A DNA stretch of 64,000 nt from IMG/VR virus record IMGVR_UViG_3300020203_000404, positions 32,001-96,000 of that record. One strand, written 5' to 3'. The position numbers were made by a program, and so were the translations under genes. Positions 1-8,853 of the stretch are shown here, in pieces. The notes below the pieces were generated by a model. It was not told the DNA's origin. It made no database searches and saw only the letters and a list, made by a program, of their open reading frames with translations. How positions within the stretch are numbered: the first letter of the stretch is position 1; each line of letters starts with the position of its first letter. The DNA comes from a virus.

Positions 1-239
1 CTCCTGATAGCGATTCTCCGCTGAGCGACGATTTTATTGTAAACATGTTGCGTTCTGACGCCGCTGAGACAGTTAAGGTAGATGTACTTAATATCTATAC
101 TGACAAGGTTGCTCAGTATAGCAAGTCGTTTGGTAAAACTCCTACTCGCGAGATGCGACGCCAGTTTATGGTGTCTGCTTGGACTCAAAAAGCAATCAAA
201 CAACACGTAGCACAAAAACCTGATGCACTGAGAGTATAG
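1..239 (+). CDS. 3' end of a gene truncated by the window edge (hypothetical; position would fit a head morphogenesis gene)
   Basis: Frame is open from position 3 to the TAG at 237-239. Confidence 0.6.
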   Translation, partial: PDSDSPLSDDFIVNMLRSDAAETVKVDVLNIYTDKVAQYSKSFGKTPTREMRRQFMVSAWTQKAIKQHVAQKPDALRV

Positions 240-240
240 T

Positions 241-251
241 TTTAGCGTATT
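241..251 (+). promoter_or_regulatory. Candidate phage late-promoter motif, variant TTTAGCGTATT
   Basis: 1 mismatch to TTTAGTGTATT; intergenic, upstream of ORF 330. Confidence 0.5.
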
Positions 252-329
252 GTACATTACGGACAAAGTTACTGTCGGTGTTGTCCCAGCACACAGCACG
301 AAGAACATTAGCTATTCTAAGGATAAACA

Positions 330-1100
330 ATGAATTACGAGCAAGCATTCCGCAATATGGCCAAATCTCTGAATGTCGAAGATGTGAAACCAGATCAAAT
401 CGGTCAGACGCCCGAGTCTCGCCCGCGTCAGGTTTACGTACCTTCTGATTCGATCACAGAAGGTTTTATTAGTGGTAGTATTGCTGGTCAGGTGTCGCCT
501 AGACTGTTAGACAAGAAGGATCATTTTCCAGTCTTTACAGAAACTCAAGCACGTTCCAGTATGTCACGAGCAATGCAGTTGACAGAAGTTCCTGTCTGGT
601 ATAGCGGCAACATGGATGATCTTCGAAGAGAGGTCTATATGGGGATTGCCAAGGTCCATCCTGATCTTGTAGACATTGAAGTTAATGTTCCCGCGTCACG
701 TATTGTTGCCCTGTCAGACGGCATGACACCAGCCGAACAGAGCAAGAAGTCTATTGACAATCCAGCCGACGTTCAGAAGACTTTGGTTCCTGGCGTCAAG
801 CGTCCAACCATCACGACCGCCGACGTTTTGAAAGTGTGTGAGAATGACGACATGCGTGTTGCAATTGCTGGCAAACTTCTAGAATGCATCGAAAGTCAAG
901 AAGCTGATATTGCTGGTGCCAAGAAGATGGCTCAAGTGCTTTTAAAGAAGGGCTTGAGTTCCGAGGAGTTCGATTTGCTTAGCACTTACTTGCAAAGTGA
1001 TATTTTGCGTGAAATGATGTACAATTCAAAGTCTAACGCATCGACGGAAGTACGTCGTCGTGTCCTTCTAGACCGTTTGAAGCCAGAAAACAAAAACTAA
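330..1100 (+). CDS. Hypothetical phage protein (256 aa)
   Basis: Long ORF with AAGGA upstream; no motif recognised. Confidence 0.75.
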   Translation: MNYEQAFRNMAKSLNVEDVKPDQIGQTPESRPRQVYVPSDSITEGFISGSIAGQVSPRLLDKKDHFPVFTETQARSSMSRAMQLTEVPVWYSGNMDDLRREVYMGIAKVHPDLVDIEVNVPASRIVALSDGMTPAEQSKKSIDNPADVQKTLVPGVKRPTITTADVLKVCENDDMRVAIAGKLLECIESQEADIAGAKKMAQVLLKKGLSSEEFDLLSTYLQSDILREMMYNSKSNASTEVRRRVLLDRLKPENKN

Positions 1101-1101
1101 A

Positions 1102-1341
1102 ATGTCAGCTCCTCTAAATTCTGGATTCAGAAACAATATTAACGTGATGCAGCTTCGTTCTAGTGGAACGAGTTTGCAACGTGTGACCGATCGTACTATC
1201 GGCAACATCACTTCGCTTGCGACAGATCCGCCCTCTCCTCCGGGACTGGAACGCACTGTTATTAGCACGAATGTAGATACTGATGGCGGCGTTGCTCACG
1301 ACAATCAAACAACTGTAGAATTCACAGAAGGTGGCAACTAA
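1102..1341 (+). CDS. Small hypothetical protein, possibly related to 22937..23122
   Basis: Coupled to its neighbours (TAATG overlap at 1339-1343); carries an NNxN...GTxLxRxxDR motif. Confidence 0.65.
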   Translation: MSAPLNSGFRNNINVMQLRSSGTSLQRVTDRTIGNITSLATDPPSPPGLERTVISTNVDTDGGVAHDNQTTVEFTEGGN

Positions 1342-1751
1342 TGTGGAAGCGTGAATATTTGTCCCGCAATCGCGGACTGCAAGCTGATATATTCAGCGAC
1401 GCAATGAAGGCCGCTGGTGCAAGTCCCGTCATTGCCGACACCCATTATTCCATTTTTAAGCCAAAGAATGTGCCCGCTTGGAATCATCGTCCAGCGATGC
1501 CAGCAGAAGAAGCTCTTTATATGGGTACGCACATTCATGCGGAATCTAATCCTCTTGGATTACATACTCACGTTAAGGGTGGTAAATTAACTGGTGGACA
1601 TAGCCACGGACCTCAAAATCGTTTTGGCGGACATCATCACAAAAAAGGTGCAATTGAAATGTCTGTTTCGATTGACGGTTCGCACGTTCACGAGGATGGT
1701 CGTAATTACCCGAACGGTGATCACGAGCACCGCCCTGAGAATTTTGGGTGA
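1341..1751 (+). CDS. His-rich protein with repeated (G)xHxH motifs
   Basis: THIH, LHTH, GHSH, GHHH, SHVH, DHEH. Confidence 0.7.
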   Translation: MWKREYLSRNRGLQADIFSDAMKAAGASPVIADTHYSIFKPKNVPAWNHRPAMPAEEALYMGTHIHAESNPLGLHTHVKGGKLTGGHSHGPQNRFGGHHHKKGAIEMSVSIDGSHVHEDGRNYPNGDHEHRPENFG

Positions 1752-1763
1752 GTCTAACCGACT

Positions 1764-1774
1764 TTTAGTTTATT
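1764..1774 (+). promoter_or_regulatory. Candidate late-promoter motif, variant TTTAGTTTATT
   Basis: 1 mismatch to consensus; directly upstream of the protease/scaffold gene. Confidence 0.45.
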
Positions 1775-1783
1775 GGTTATGGG

Positions 1784-3658
1784 ATGAAATACAAAACCCA
1801 GTTATATTCGAAAGCGACGCTTCTCAAGCCTCAGACTGATAAGTTTAAGTCTGTTGCTTCGTCGCTAAAGGATAAGTACGGCTTTGATCTAAAGCCGCAA
1901 ATGGATCTTTTGTATCTTGAATCGTGTCTTGTTTCCGCTGGCATTCGAGCTGGTGTTAACGATAACGATGACATCTTCACTCGTGAAGAGTGTTGGGCTG
2001 CTCGTCATACGCCTGTATTGAAGCCCTTTAATTGGCAGCATCAGGACAAGGATATTGTTGGGGTCATTTATACGGTTCAAGCCCGTGATCTCAATGGAAA
2101 CGTTCTTGATATTCATGACGAGAATGTACCAGAAAACGACTTCGATCTTTGGACGGAGGCCGTTATCTTCCGCTTGATTCATCCAGAACGTGCCCGCGAG
2201 GTTGAAGCTCGTGCGAAGGCAAATGATCTGTTTGTTTCTATGGAAGCTTGGTTTGACGATTACAGCTATGGACTGTACGGCAGTAATGGACTGTCTAAAA
2301 TCGTCGCCCGTAATGAGAAAACCTCTTTTCTTGATAAGCACTTGCGTGCTGCCGGGGGAGTAGGAAAATATTATGATCCTGAGTTGGGTCAAGATATGCG
2401 AATTGGTCGCGTTTTACGTTCTATTACGTTTGGCGGATGTGGTTTGGTTGACCACCCAGCAAATAAGCGTTCTGTTATCACATCTGTTGATGTGATGTCA
2501 AGCGTAGCTGAGCAAGATCAGATTGAACTATTTCTGCAACAACTAATGGAATCAGAAGCAAATCCCTCACAGGAGTTAGCCGTAATGAATACACAAGCAA
2601 ATGTAAATCAGCCTAATGTTGAGACGGCTATCGAATCCGTACTCGACAAGCGTGATCAGGTAGCTGCAAAGGCAGCCGCAGAGAAGGCATTGCAGGCCCG
2701 TGTAACTACAGCAGAAGTAACGAGCAAAGAACTCGAAGCTAAGAATGCTGAGTTGAACAAGGCCCTCGAAGTCAAGAGCCAAGAAGTCCAGTCTTTGAAC
2801 GATCAAACTGCCGCGTACGACGCTGCTGTTAAGAAGTTGGTCGAAGAGCATGTGACTGCTGGTGCGACGAATGACGTACCGCCTGAGATCTCTAAGATCG
2901 ACTTGGCGAAGACTGGTGCGGACGCTTTCGCTGCAAAGATAGCTTGGATTTCGCAATCGCGTGCATCTCTCGCCGCCCGTGCCGCTCGTGCTGATGAGCT
3001 TGAAGCCAAGCTTGCCGAAGCGGAACTAGTCGTGCGTGAACAGGACGTTCGTTCACTCCTGAGTGATGTAATGTCAGAAGAAGCAGTTGAAGCTTTTGTT
3101 GCTCATGCTACCAAGCTCGATAATGACGGTTACTTGCAGTGGCGTGACATGCAGGAACTAATGGTCATTGAGGTTGCGAAAGCAGCGACGACATACACAG
3201 AAGATGAAGATGCTCCTGTCGCCAAGAAGGGCAAGATGCCGTTCCCGCCCAAGAAGGGTAAGGAAGCTAAGGCTGCCAATCCTTTTAAGGTTCTTCTAGA
3301 AAAGTATCATTCAGAGAGTACTGCCAATCCCGACACAAGTGTCGTGACTAATGGCGATCCTCTGATCAACTTCCCAGCCGGTACTGGCATCAACAGTGGT
3401 GTCAACTCTGGGCAGTTAAAGAATCCTCGTTTCAAGATCGCTGGTGGTGCTGCCGGGAACGATCCTTCGAAGGTGCTGGAAACAGCTAAGCCTAAGAATG
3501 GCGTTTCTCTTGCCGGTGCTTCTCAAGCTGGTGACGATGGAGAAGCCGTTAACCCATTCCGCGTTCTCGCGAGCTTGGTAACGGATTCTAAGCAAGAGAG
3601 TGAAGATAATGAAATCCAGCCTAAGGCTCAAAAGCCCGGCTTTAACCCAATTCAGTAA
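1784..3658 (+). CDS. Prohead protease-scaffold fusion protein
   Basis: N-terminal globular domain (H in WQHQDKDIVG, VSME, G-LVDHPAN) typical of prohead proteases; Ala/Glu/Lys coiled-coil C-terminal half; upstream of the capsid genes. Confidence 0.7.
   Translation: MKYKTQLYSKATLLKPQTDKFKSVASSLKDKYGFDLKPQMDLLYLESCLVSAGIRAGVNDNDDIFTREECWAARHTPVLKPFNWQHQDKDIVGVIYTVQARDLNGNVLDIHDENVPENDFDLWTEAVIFRLIHPERAREVEARAKANDLFVSMEAWFDDYSYGLYGSNGLSKIVARNEKTSFLDKHLRAAGGVGKYYDPELGQDMRIGRVLRSITFGGCGLVDHPANKRSVITSVDVMSSVAEQDQIELFLQQLMESEANPSQELAVMNTQANVNQPNVETAIESVLDKRDQVAAKAAAEKALQARVTTAEVTSKELEAKNAELNKALEVKSQEVQSLNDQTAAYDAAVKKLVEEHVTAGATNDVPPEISKIDLAKTGADAFAAKIAWISQSRASLAARAARADELEAKLAEAELVVREQDVRSLLSDVMSEEAVEAFVAHATKLDNDGYLQWRDMQELMVIEVAKAATTYTEDEDAPVAKKGKMPFPPKKGKEAKAANPFKVLLEKYHSESTANPDTSVVTNGDPLINFPAGTGINSGVNSGQLKNPRFKIAGGAAGNDPSKVLETAKPKNGVSLAGASQAGDDGEAVNPFRVLASLVTDSKQESEDNEIQPKAQKPGFNPIQ
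2585..3658 (+). CDS. Probable nested in-frame scaffold protein (internal start)
   Basis: AGGAG at 2571-2575 and an in-frame ATG at 2585, exactly at the protease/coiled-coil boundary. Confidence 0.5.
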   Translation: MNTQANVNQPNVETAIESVLDKRDQVAAKAAAEKALQARVTTAEVTSKELEAKNAELNKALEVKSQEVQSLNDQTAAYDAAVKKLVEEHVTAGATNDVPPEISKIDLAKTGADAFAAKIAWISQSRASLAARAARADELEAKLAEAELVVREQDVRSLLSDVMSEEAVEAFVAHATKLDNDGYLQWRDMQELMVIEVAKAATTYTEDEDAPVAKKGKMPFPPKKGKEAKAANPFKVLLEKYHSESTANPDTSVVTNGDPLINFPAGTGINSGVNSGQLKNPRFKIAGGAAGNDPSKVLETAKPKNGVSLAGASQAGDDGEAVNPFRVLASLVTDSKQESEDNEIQPKAQKPGFNPIQ

Positions 3659-3671
3659 GAGGAGAGTAAAC

Positions 3672-4157
3672 ATGGCACTACAACCTAGTCGTCAAGTTTT
3701 CCAGACATACGTAGGAGGTACGTCATCTGGCGTCGCTGAACGTGGTGGAATCATGTCGTTCGTTCCCGGTGTTGCTGGGCTTGTAGCCTATGCTAACGCG
3801 GCTGCCGTTTCCGGTCAGCTTGTCCAACCGCTCGGTATTCTTTTGGATGACGTTGAAAACCTCAACTACTATAATCATCCTGAATACCGTCAGCGTAACG
3901 TTGTGCCTCAGGGCAGCGTTGTGGGCATCTGCACGGAAGGTGAGTTTTGGACTGACTTTGTGGAAGCGACTGGTCCGGGAGCAATCTCGGTCGGCACGTA
4001 CGCCCCAGGTGATGTCCTTTACCTCGCCGACAACGGACAGGTATCGCGTAACAACGGAACGTTCAACAATGGTACTACTGCTAAGCGTTTTGTAGTTGGT
4101 AAGGCCCTGTCTGCCCGTGGCAGCGACGGATTCCTACAAGTCCGTATTGATCTCTGA
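3672..4157 (+). CDS. Capsid decoration/cement-like protein
   Basis: RBS AGAGGAG then ATG 3672; lies between scaffold and MCP; GDVLYLADNGQV motif. Confidence 0.65.
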   Translation: MALQPSRQVFQTYVGGTSSGVAERGGIMSFVPGVAGLVAYANAAAVSGQLVQPLGILLDDVENLNYYNHPEYRQRNVVPQGSVVGICTEGEFWTDFVEATGPGAISVGTYAPGDVLYLADNGQVSRNNGTFNNGTTAKRFVVGKALSARGSDGFLQVRIDL

Positions 4158-4171
4158 TAAGGAGCACAGAC

Positions 4172-5209
4172 ATGAATTTCCAACGTTATCCGCAAGAAGC
4201 AATTGATGCACTACGTGCCACGGCTCACGCCGATAGTGAAGTACGTGCAAGAGCCCAGAAGGCGTTCGCCGCTGAATTGCAGTGGCCGCTCCGTCAGGGC
4301 GTGTTTGATCGTGACAACCTAGGTGGTATTTACGAGAAGCAAGTTCTCGCACCGGGTGCCCAGGCCAACTATCCTCTCGACTTCGTGAAGCCGGGCGATG
4401 AAGATCAATTCATTGCCTTCGCGATGCCGAAGCAGGGTCGTGTTCCTGAGCGTCACATTGAAGGCGACGAGCTGTGGGTTCCGACCTTCCAGATCGCCAA
4501 TTCGATTGACTGGTCATTGAAGTACGCAAAGGAAGCACGTTTCGACGTGATCATGCGTGCGATCCGTGTGTACGAAGCTGGCTTCGTCCGCAAGATCAAC
4601 AGTGACGGTTGGCGTACGATCCTTGGTGCGGCTGATGGCCGTGGCATGGTCGTGACGGCAAACGGATCTGCTCCGTTCACGGGCTCGACGCTCATTCCGA
4701 CTGCGGCTGCTGGACAGTTCACGAAGGAACTGATCAGCCGTATGAAGACGGCGATGACTCGTGGTGCAGGCGGCAACGGTAACAGCGGTCGTCTGACCGA
4801 CGTTTACCTGTCGATGGAAGCAATGGAAGACATTCGTGGGTGGGACGTGGATGAAATCGACGAGTTCACTCGTCGTGAGATCTTCGTTTCGAAAGAGTAC
4901 GGCCTAGCTCAGATCTATGGCGTTGTTCTGCACGAAATGACCGAGTTCGGCGAAGGTCAGGAATACGAGAACTTCGTTAAGACGACTCTTGGTCGTGCCC
5001 ACCAGACGGTCAACTCTGTCACTCTGAAAGAGTTCGCCATTGGTTTGGACCTGAGCACGATGGACTCATTCGTGATGCCGATTCGTGAAGAGTTGCAGAC
5101 CTATGAAGACCCGGCCCTCTATCGCGAGCAGCGTGCGGGCATCTTCGGATGGATGGAGCACGGCTTCGCCGTTCTCGATCCACGGAGGGTATTAATTGGA
5201 GAGTTTTGA
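4172..5209 (+). CDS. Major capsid protein
   Basis: 345 aa; strong RBS AAGGAG; highly biased codons; position after scaffold/decoration genes; followed by a terminator. Confidence 0.8.
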   Translation: MNFQRYPQEAIDALRATAHADSEVRARAQKAFAAELQWPLRQGVFDRDNLGGIYEKQVLAPGAQANYPLDFVKPGDEDQFIAFAMPKQGRVPERHIEGDELWVPTFQIANSIDWSLKYAKEARFDVIMRAIRVYEAGFVRKINSDGWRTILGAADGRGMVVTANGSAPFTGSTLIPTAAAGQFTKELISRMKTAMTRGAGGNGNSGRLTDVYLSMEAMEDIRGWDVDEIDEFTRREIFVSKEYGLAQIYGVVLHEMTEFGEGQEYENFVKTTLGRAHQTVNSVTLKEFAIGLDLSTMDSFVMPIREELQTYEDPALYREQRAGIFGWMEHGFAVLDPRRVLIGEF

Positions 5210-5246
5210 TCGGTTAATTCTGATCTTCTCCGAGTAATACTCATGA

Positions 5247-5257
5247 GTTAGTGTACT
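5247..5257 (+). promoter_or_regulatory. Candidate late-promoter motif GTTAGTGTACT
   Basis: Core TTAGTGTA; overlaps the 5' arm of the terminator hairpin. Confidence 0.45.
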
Positions 5258-5294
5258 CCCTGATGGGCAATCCTCATCAGGGAGTTTTCTTTTT
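5255..5294 (+). terminator. Rho-independent terminator after the capsid operon
   Basis: 11-bp stem ACTCCCTGATG / CATCAGGGAGT followed by TTTCTTTTT. Confidence 0.8.
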
Positions 5295-5295
5295 A

Positions 5296-6090
5296 ATGGA
5301 TGATCAAGTAATAGAACTTTACAAGCAGTGTGGTAATGGTGGATTAGTAGCTAAGCAATTAGGCTTAACTAACTACAAGGTGTATGCTATTCTTAGAAAG
5401 AATGGTATAGAGCCTAAAAAGGTTGGTGGTAAAGAAAAAGCAACCATTGAACAGATGACACAAGCTTATAATAATGGCCTGTCTTGTACTCAAGTTGCTA
5501 GACAATTTGGACTTACCTCTCCTTCTGTTGTAGAGCGTTTGCAAAATGCTGGTATACAGCTACGCTCTAAACAAGAAGCTTTAGAGTTATGTGGACACAC
5601 TAAGATTAAACGTTCTGACGAACAGAAGGTTATTGATTTGTATGAGGAAGGCTTATCATATAGAGATATAGCATGTTTGTATGATAGTACCACCAGATGT
5701 GTAGAGAGGGTTCTTAAAAAACACAGTATTGAACCACGCGATAATTTTGGTTCTAACAACCCAGCCTGGAAAGGCGGTAAAGTTCCTCTCAATAAGCTGA
5801 TTCGTAATTCGCAAAAGTACACAGATTTTGTTAAGCATATTATGGCGTCTCGTGATTATACTTGTGAGTTGACTGGTCAACGCGGTAATCGACTAAACGT
5901 ACACCACATCAAACCATTCTCACAACTTGTTGATGAATTTATGATTAGATATGGTCATATTTCTGATCGCGAACAACTGATGACCACAATTGAAACTTAT
6001 ACACCTTTTTGGGAAGAATCGAACGTGTTATTGGTCACAGAAGAAGAGCACAAAAAGATACACTCTAGTGTATTATCTAAGGGGGTTTAA
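5296..6090 (+). CDS. HNH homing endonuclease with N-terminal HTH repeats
   Basis: Three HTH-like repeats; NPAWKGG; RDYTCELTG...LNVHHIKPF...NVLLVTEEEHKKIH; AT-richer than flanks. Confidence 0.85.
   Translation: MDDQVIELYKQCGNGGLVAKQLGLTNYKVYAILRKNGIEPKKVGGKEKATIEQMTQAYNNGLSCTQVARQFGLTSPSVVERLQNAGIQLRSKQEALELCGHTKIKRSDEQKVIDLYEEGLSYRDIACLYDSTTRCVERVLKKHSIEPRDNFGSNNPAWKGGKVPLNKLIRNSQKYTDFVKHIMASRDYTCELTGQRGNRLNVHHIKPFSQLVDEFMIRYGHISDREQLMTTIETYTPFWEESNVLLVTEEEHKKIHSSVLSKGV
6064..6074 (+). promoter_or_regulatory. Candidate late-promoter motif TCTAGTGTATT
   Basis: In the 3' end of the HNH gene, upstream of RBS AAGGGGG and ATG 6090. Confidence 0.5.
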
Positions 6091-6962
6091 TGGCCAACGA
6101 AACAAAAATTCTCACTGTCGGTCAAGCTGCATCAGCCCTAGACATCTTTCTATCCGCTAACGGTGCTCCTGTTAGTGGACAATATGTAGGGTTTAGGCTA
6201 TTTGACGCTGCTAATGCTTCCGCCGTTAGCGGCGTTGCACTTAATCCTGAACTAGGACATTATACTGGTTCTGGCTTAATTCCCCCTGGTTATCAACTAG
6301 GCAGTTGGCATATTGATTGGACGATCGTTACGCAGACAAATTCAGTAGTCTTTGCAAGCGAACCATTTCAAGTCCAAGATGTATTAGTTTCTATTGGCTT
6401 TGCACCGCCAACAGATAAGACATCGACAATCTATGATGCTGTACGTATTGACATTGGCGATCCCGAAGGTCATATATTTGATGATAACTTTTTGCAGCAT
6501 GTGCTTGTAAAAGCTGTTCGTAGACTGAATCAAGCTTTGGGGCTTTCGCGAACATCTAGACCTCAAGGAATCCCCGGTGGATTTGGTGGTCCTAAGATCC
6601 AGGTCGCTGAACTTACAGTCGATGTTGAGGCTGGTACTATTGAGCCTAACAATGATGAATTGTGCGACTTGATCATTCTTCAAATGGAATACATCATTGT
6701 CACTGCTGAGACATCTGCACTCAAGAGACTTGGAGCGACTTTTGCTTCTGGTCCATTTGCAACTGTTGTAGGTGGCGTTGGCAATGAAGGCATTTCAGTA
6801 ACAAATGCCGACGGCGTGACAGTCAACATTAGTACTGGTCGTTTACAGTTCCGTACGACACTTCAACGTTTGGACGTTGAGACACGTAAGGAAGAACTTG
6901 AAACAGCAATTAAGCGTTTCCTGGGAAGAATGACGGGTTCAATGGGTAAGATGATTTATTAA
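6090..6962 (+). CDS. Virion protein, probable head-tail adaptor/neck
   Basis: Ig-like beta N-terminus followed by a helical VRIDIGD...FDDNFL adaptor-like segment; position after MCP. Confidence 0.55.
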   Translation: MANETKILTVGQAASALDIFLSANGAPVSGQYVGFRLFDAANASAVSGVALNPELGHYTGSGLIPPGYQLGSWHIDWTIVTQTNSVVFASEPFQVQDVLVSIGFAPPTDKTSTIYDAVRIDIGDPEGHIFDDNFLQHVLVKAVRRLNQALGLSRTSRPQGIPGGFGGPKIQVAELTVDVEAGTIEPNNDELCDLIILQMEYIIVTAETSALKRLGATFASGPFATVVGGVGNEGISVTNADGVTVNISTGRLQFRTTLQRLDVETRKEELETAIKRFLGRMTGSMGKMIY

Positions 6963-7399
6963 TGTCTAACAAGAATTGCAAGTATTGTGATGTGATTTTT
7001 ACTGCTAAAAATCAGCGGTCCTTATACTGTTCTGTGAAGTGCAAAAATAAATTGAAATCTGAAACAATCATGGCTAAACGTCGTGATAACCCGGAAAGAA
7101 AAACAGAAAATCAACGTAAATATTACCAAGACCATTGGTTTGAATTTCAAGCACGAAATTTTGCCCGTAGAGATCGTACCTTATCTGCTGATCTTGTACG
7201 TGAAGTCATGGAGAACGACAACTACACATGTCAATACTGTCATAAGCGTGGTGGTAAATTGACGATTGATCATCAACTACCAGTTTCGCGTGGTGGCACT
7301 GATGATCGTAAAAATCTTTGCACTGCTTGTCATCGCTGCAACTGTCGCAAAGGAGCTAAAACCGTCTCTGAATTTCAGGAGTATTTGACACGATGCTAG
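6962..7399 (+). CDS. HNH endonuclease
   Basis: DNYTCQYC...LTIDHQLPVSRGGTDDRKNLCTACHRCNCRKG; N-terminal CxxC...YCSxKC. Confidence 0.9.
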   Translation: MSNKNCKYCDVIFTAKNQRSLYCSVKCKNKLKSETIMAKRRDNPERKTENQRKYYQDHWFEFQARNFARRDRTLSADLVREVMENDNYTCQYCHKRGGKLTIDHQLPVSRGGTDDRKNLCTACHRCNCRKGAKTVSEFQEYLTRC

Positions 7400-7731
7400 T
7401 TCATTGCAAAACCCCCCGTGGTGTACTGTACATCAATAACGAACCTGTCTACGGCAGAGAAGATATGCACGATCCAGTTGATGTACCTTTTCAAGTCTAT
7501 GAAAAGTACAAAGATGCACTTGAAGACGCTACATATCGCGAGGGCTATCTTCGTGATAAGTTCGGATGGAATCAAGGTGAGATTGCGTTCACATATAGCG
7601 AATTGAAATGGCTGCCTGAAAATACACTTCGTAAAATCGCCAAAGGAATTGGAACGAGCGTCAAGAGAACCACTAAGAAGCAATTAGTACAAGATATTAC
7701 ACGAGCCCTTAGAAATGTCATTAAGACCTGA
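7393..7731 (+). CDS. Hypothetical protein with a C-terminal Rho-N/HeH-like helix pair
   Basis: LKWLPENTLRKIAKGIG...TKKQLVQDI. Confidence 0.6.
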   Translation: MLVHCKTPRGVLYINNEPVYGREDMHDPVDVPFQVYEKYKDALEDATYREGYLRDKFGWNQGEIAFTYSELKWLPENTLRKIAKGIGTSVKRTTKKQLVQDITRALRNVIKT

Positions 7732-8287
7732 TCGTCAGACTCAGCAAGTCAACATTAATTTTCCTTGTCCATACACTCAGGAACGTGGTGGTGTTTTGGG
7801 TTGGGCTCGGGCTTCTGGCATGTACTACGTTGAGTATGCTTTTAATCCTAGTGGTGTACATATTGCTGGTTTACAACTCAATGATATTGAGAATGTCAAC
7901 ATGACTCGTCAACCGTTTCAGCAGTACATTCGTAATATCGACATTCCATTCGCCATAGTTGGAGTTGCCACTAAAGGTGATTTTTTGACTGACTGGATAT
8001 ATCCAGTTGGAGCTATCAATCAAGGAGATATCGCATACGCTGGTCCAAGCGGCATGATCACGAACTCGTCAACTTTCGGAGGCGAAGTGATTGGCAAGTT
8101 CATTGGCGTTTTGATTCCCGAGCCGCACTGGGTAACTTTGCGTGGTATGGGATTCTCTCGTCAATACATCGACACCTCTAAGCATTCCAAGCCACTGATC
8201 TGGGAGAATAATCCAGCGGACGCTATTCGTTTAGCTACGCCGGGCTTTATCAAGGTTCGCGTTGATATGGGAGCTAGCCTAAAATAA
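7715..8287 (+). CDS. Paralog of the decoration-like protein 3672..4157
   Basis: Shared ERGG, LxDxENxN, VGxxTxGxFxTD, GDxxY and GFxxVRxD motifs. Confidence 0.7.
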   Translation: MSLRPDRQTQQVNINFPCPYTQERGGVLGWARASGMYYVEYAFNPSGVHIAGLQLNDIENVNMTRQPFQQYIRNIDIPFAIVGVATKGDFLTDWIYPVGAINQGDIAYAGPSGMITNSSTFGGEVIGKFIGVLIPEPHWVTLRGMGFSRQYIDTSKHSKPLIWENNPADAIRLATPGFIKVRVDMGASLK

Positions 8288-8826
8288 TGATCAATCTTAC
8301 TCCTAATCAAGACTTCTCGACGGCAAGCGGCATCATCAATACTGGCTTCATGGAGTCCGTCTATCACTCGTTTATGAGTGAGGCGTTCGTTGATTTGGGT
8401 CGTCCAGTGACCTTTCATTTGCCGCCGATCAAAGAACAAGACGTGCAGACTCAATCGCAGCCCGCACCTCAACAATTTAATCCTTTCTTTTCAAGGGTGC
8501 CTGTGCCCAATACTAACACTCGTGGTACAGGCGTCAAAGTCACGCCACGCGACGTAACGTACAAAGCTCAGATCGTAGTTGGTCCGCTCAAGAACGATTT
8601 GCGTTTAACTGGCATGGGTTGGCTCGATAATAATGAAGCTATGATTACTGTTGTAGTTGAAGCACTAGAACATGTTTTAGCTGCACTTGCTGTTTCTATT
8701 GAAGGACGAAGATATACAGTTGTCGAAACTCGTCCTATAGGATTTTCTGTTCGTAGATATCTAATGGTCAAGCTACGTGAAGTACAAGAATCGCAGCCGC
8801 CGTCAACAAACTTAACGGTGGGATAA
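8287..8826 (+). CDS. Virion neck protein (head-closure-like)
   Basis: Position; beta-rich C-terminus VSIEGRRYTVVETRPIG. Confidence 0.5.
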   Translation: MINLTPNQDFSTASGIINTGFMESVYHSFMSEAFVDLGRPVTFHLPPIKEQDVQTQSQPAPQQFNPFFSRVPVPNTNTRGTGVKVTPRDVTYKAQIVVGPLKNDLRLTGMGWLDNNEAMITVVVEALEHVLAALAVSIEGRRYTVVETRPIGFSVRRYLMVKLREVQESQPPSTNLTVG

Positions 8827-8853
8827 AGAAGTGCAGTATACGAAAGGCAACTA

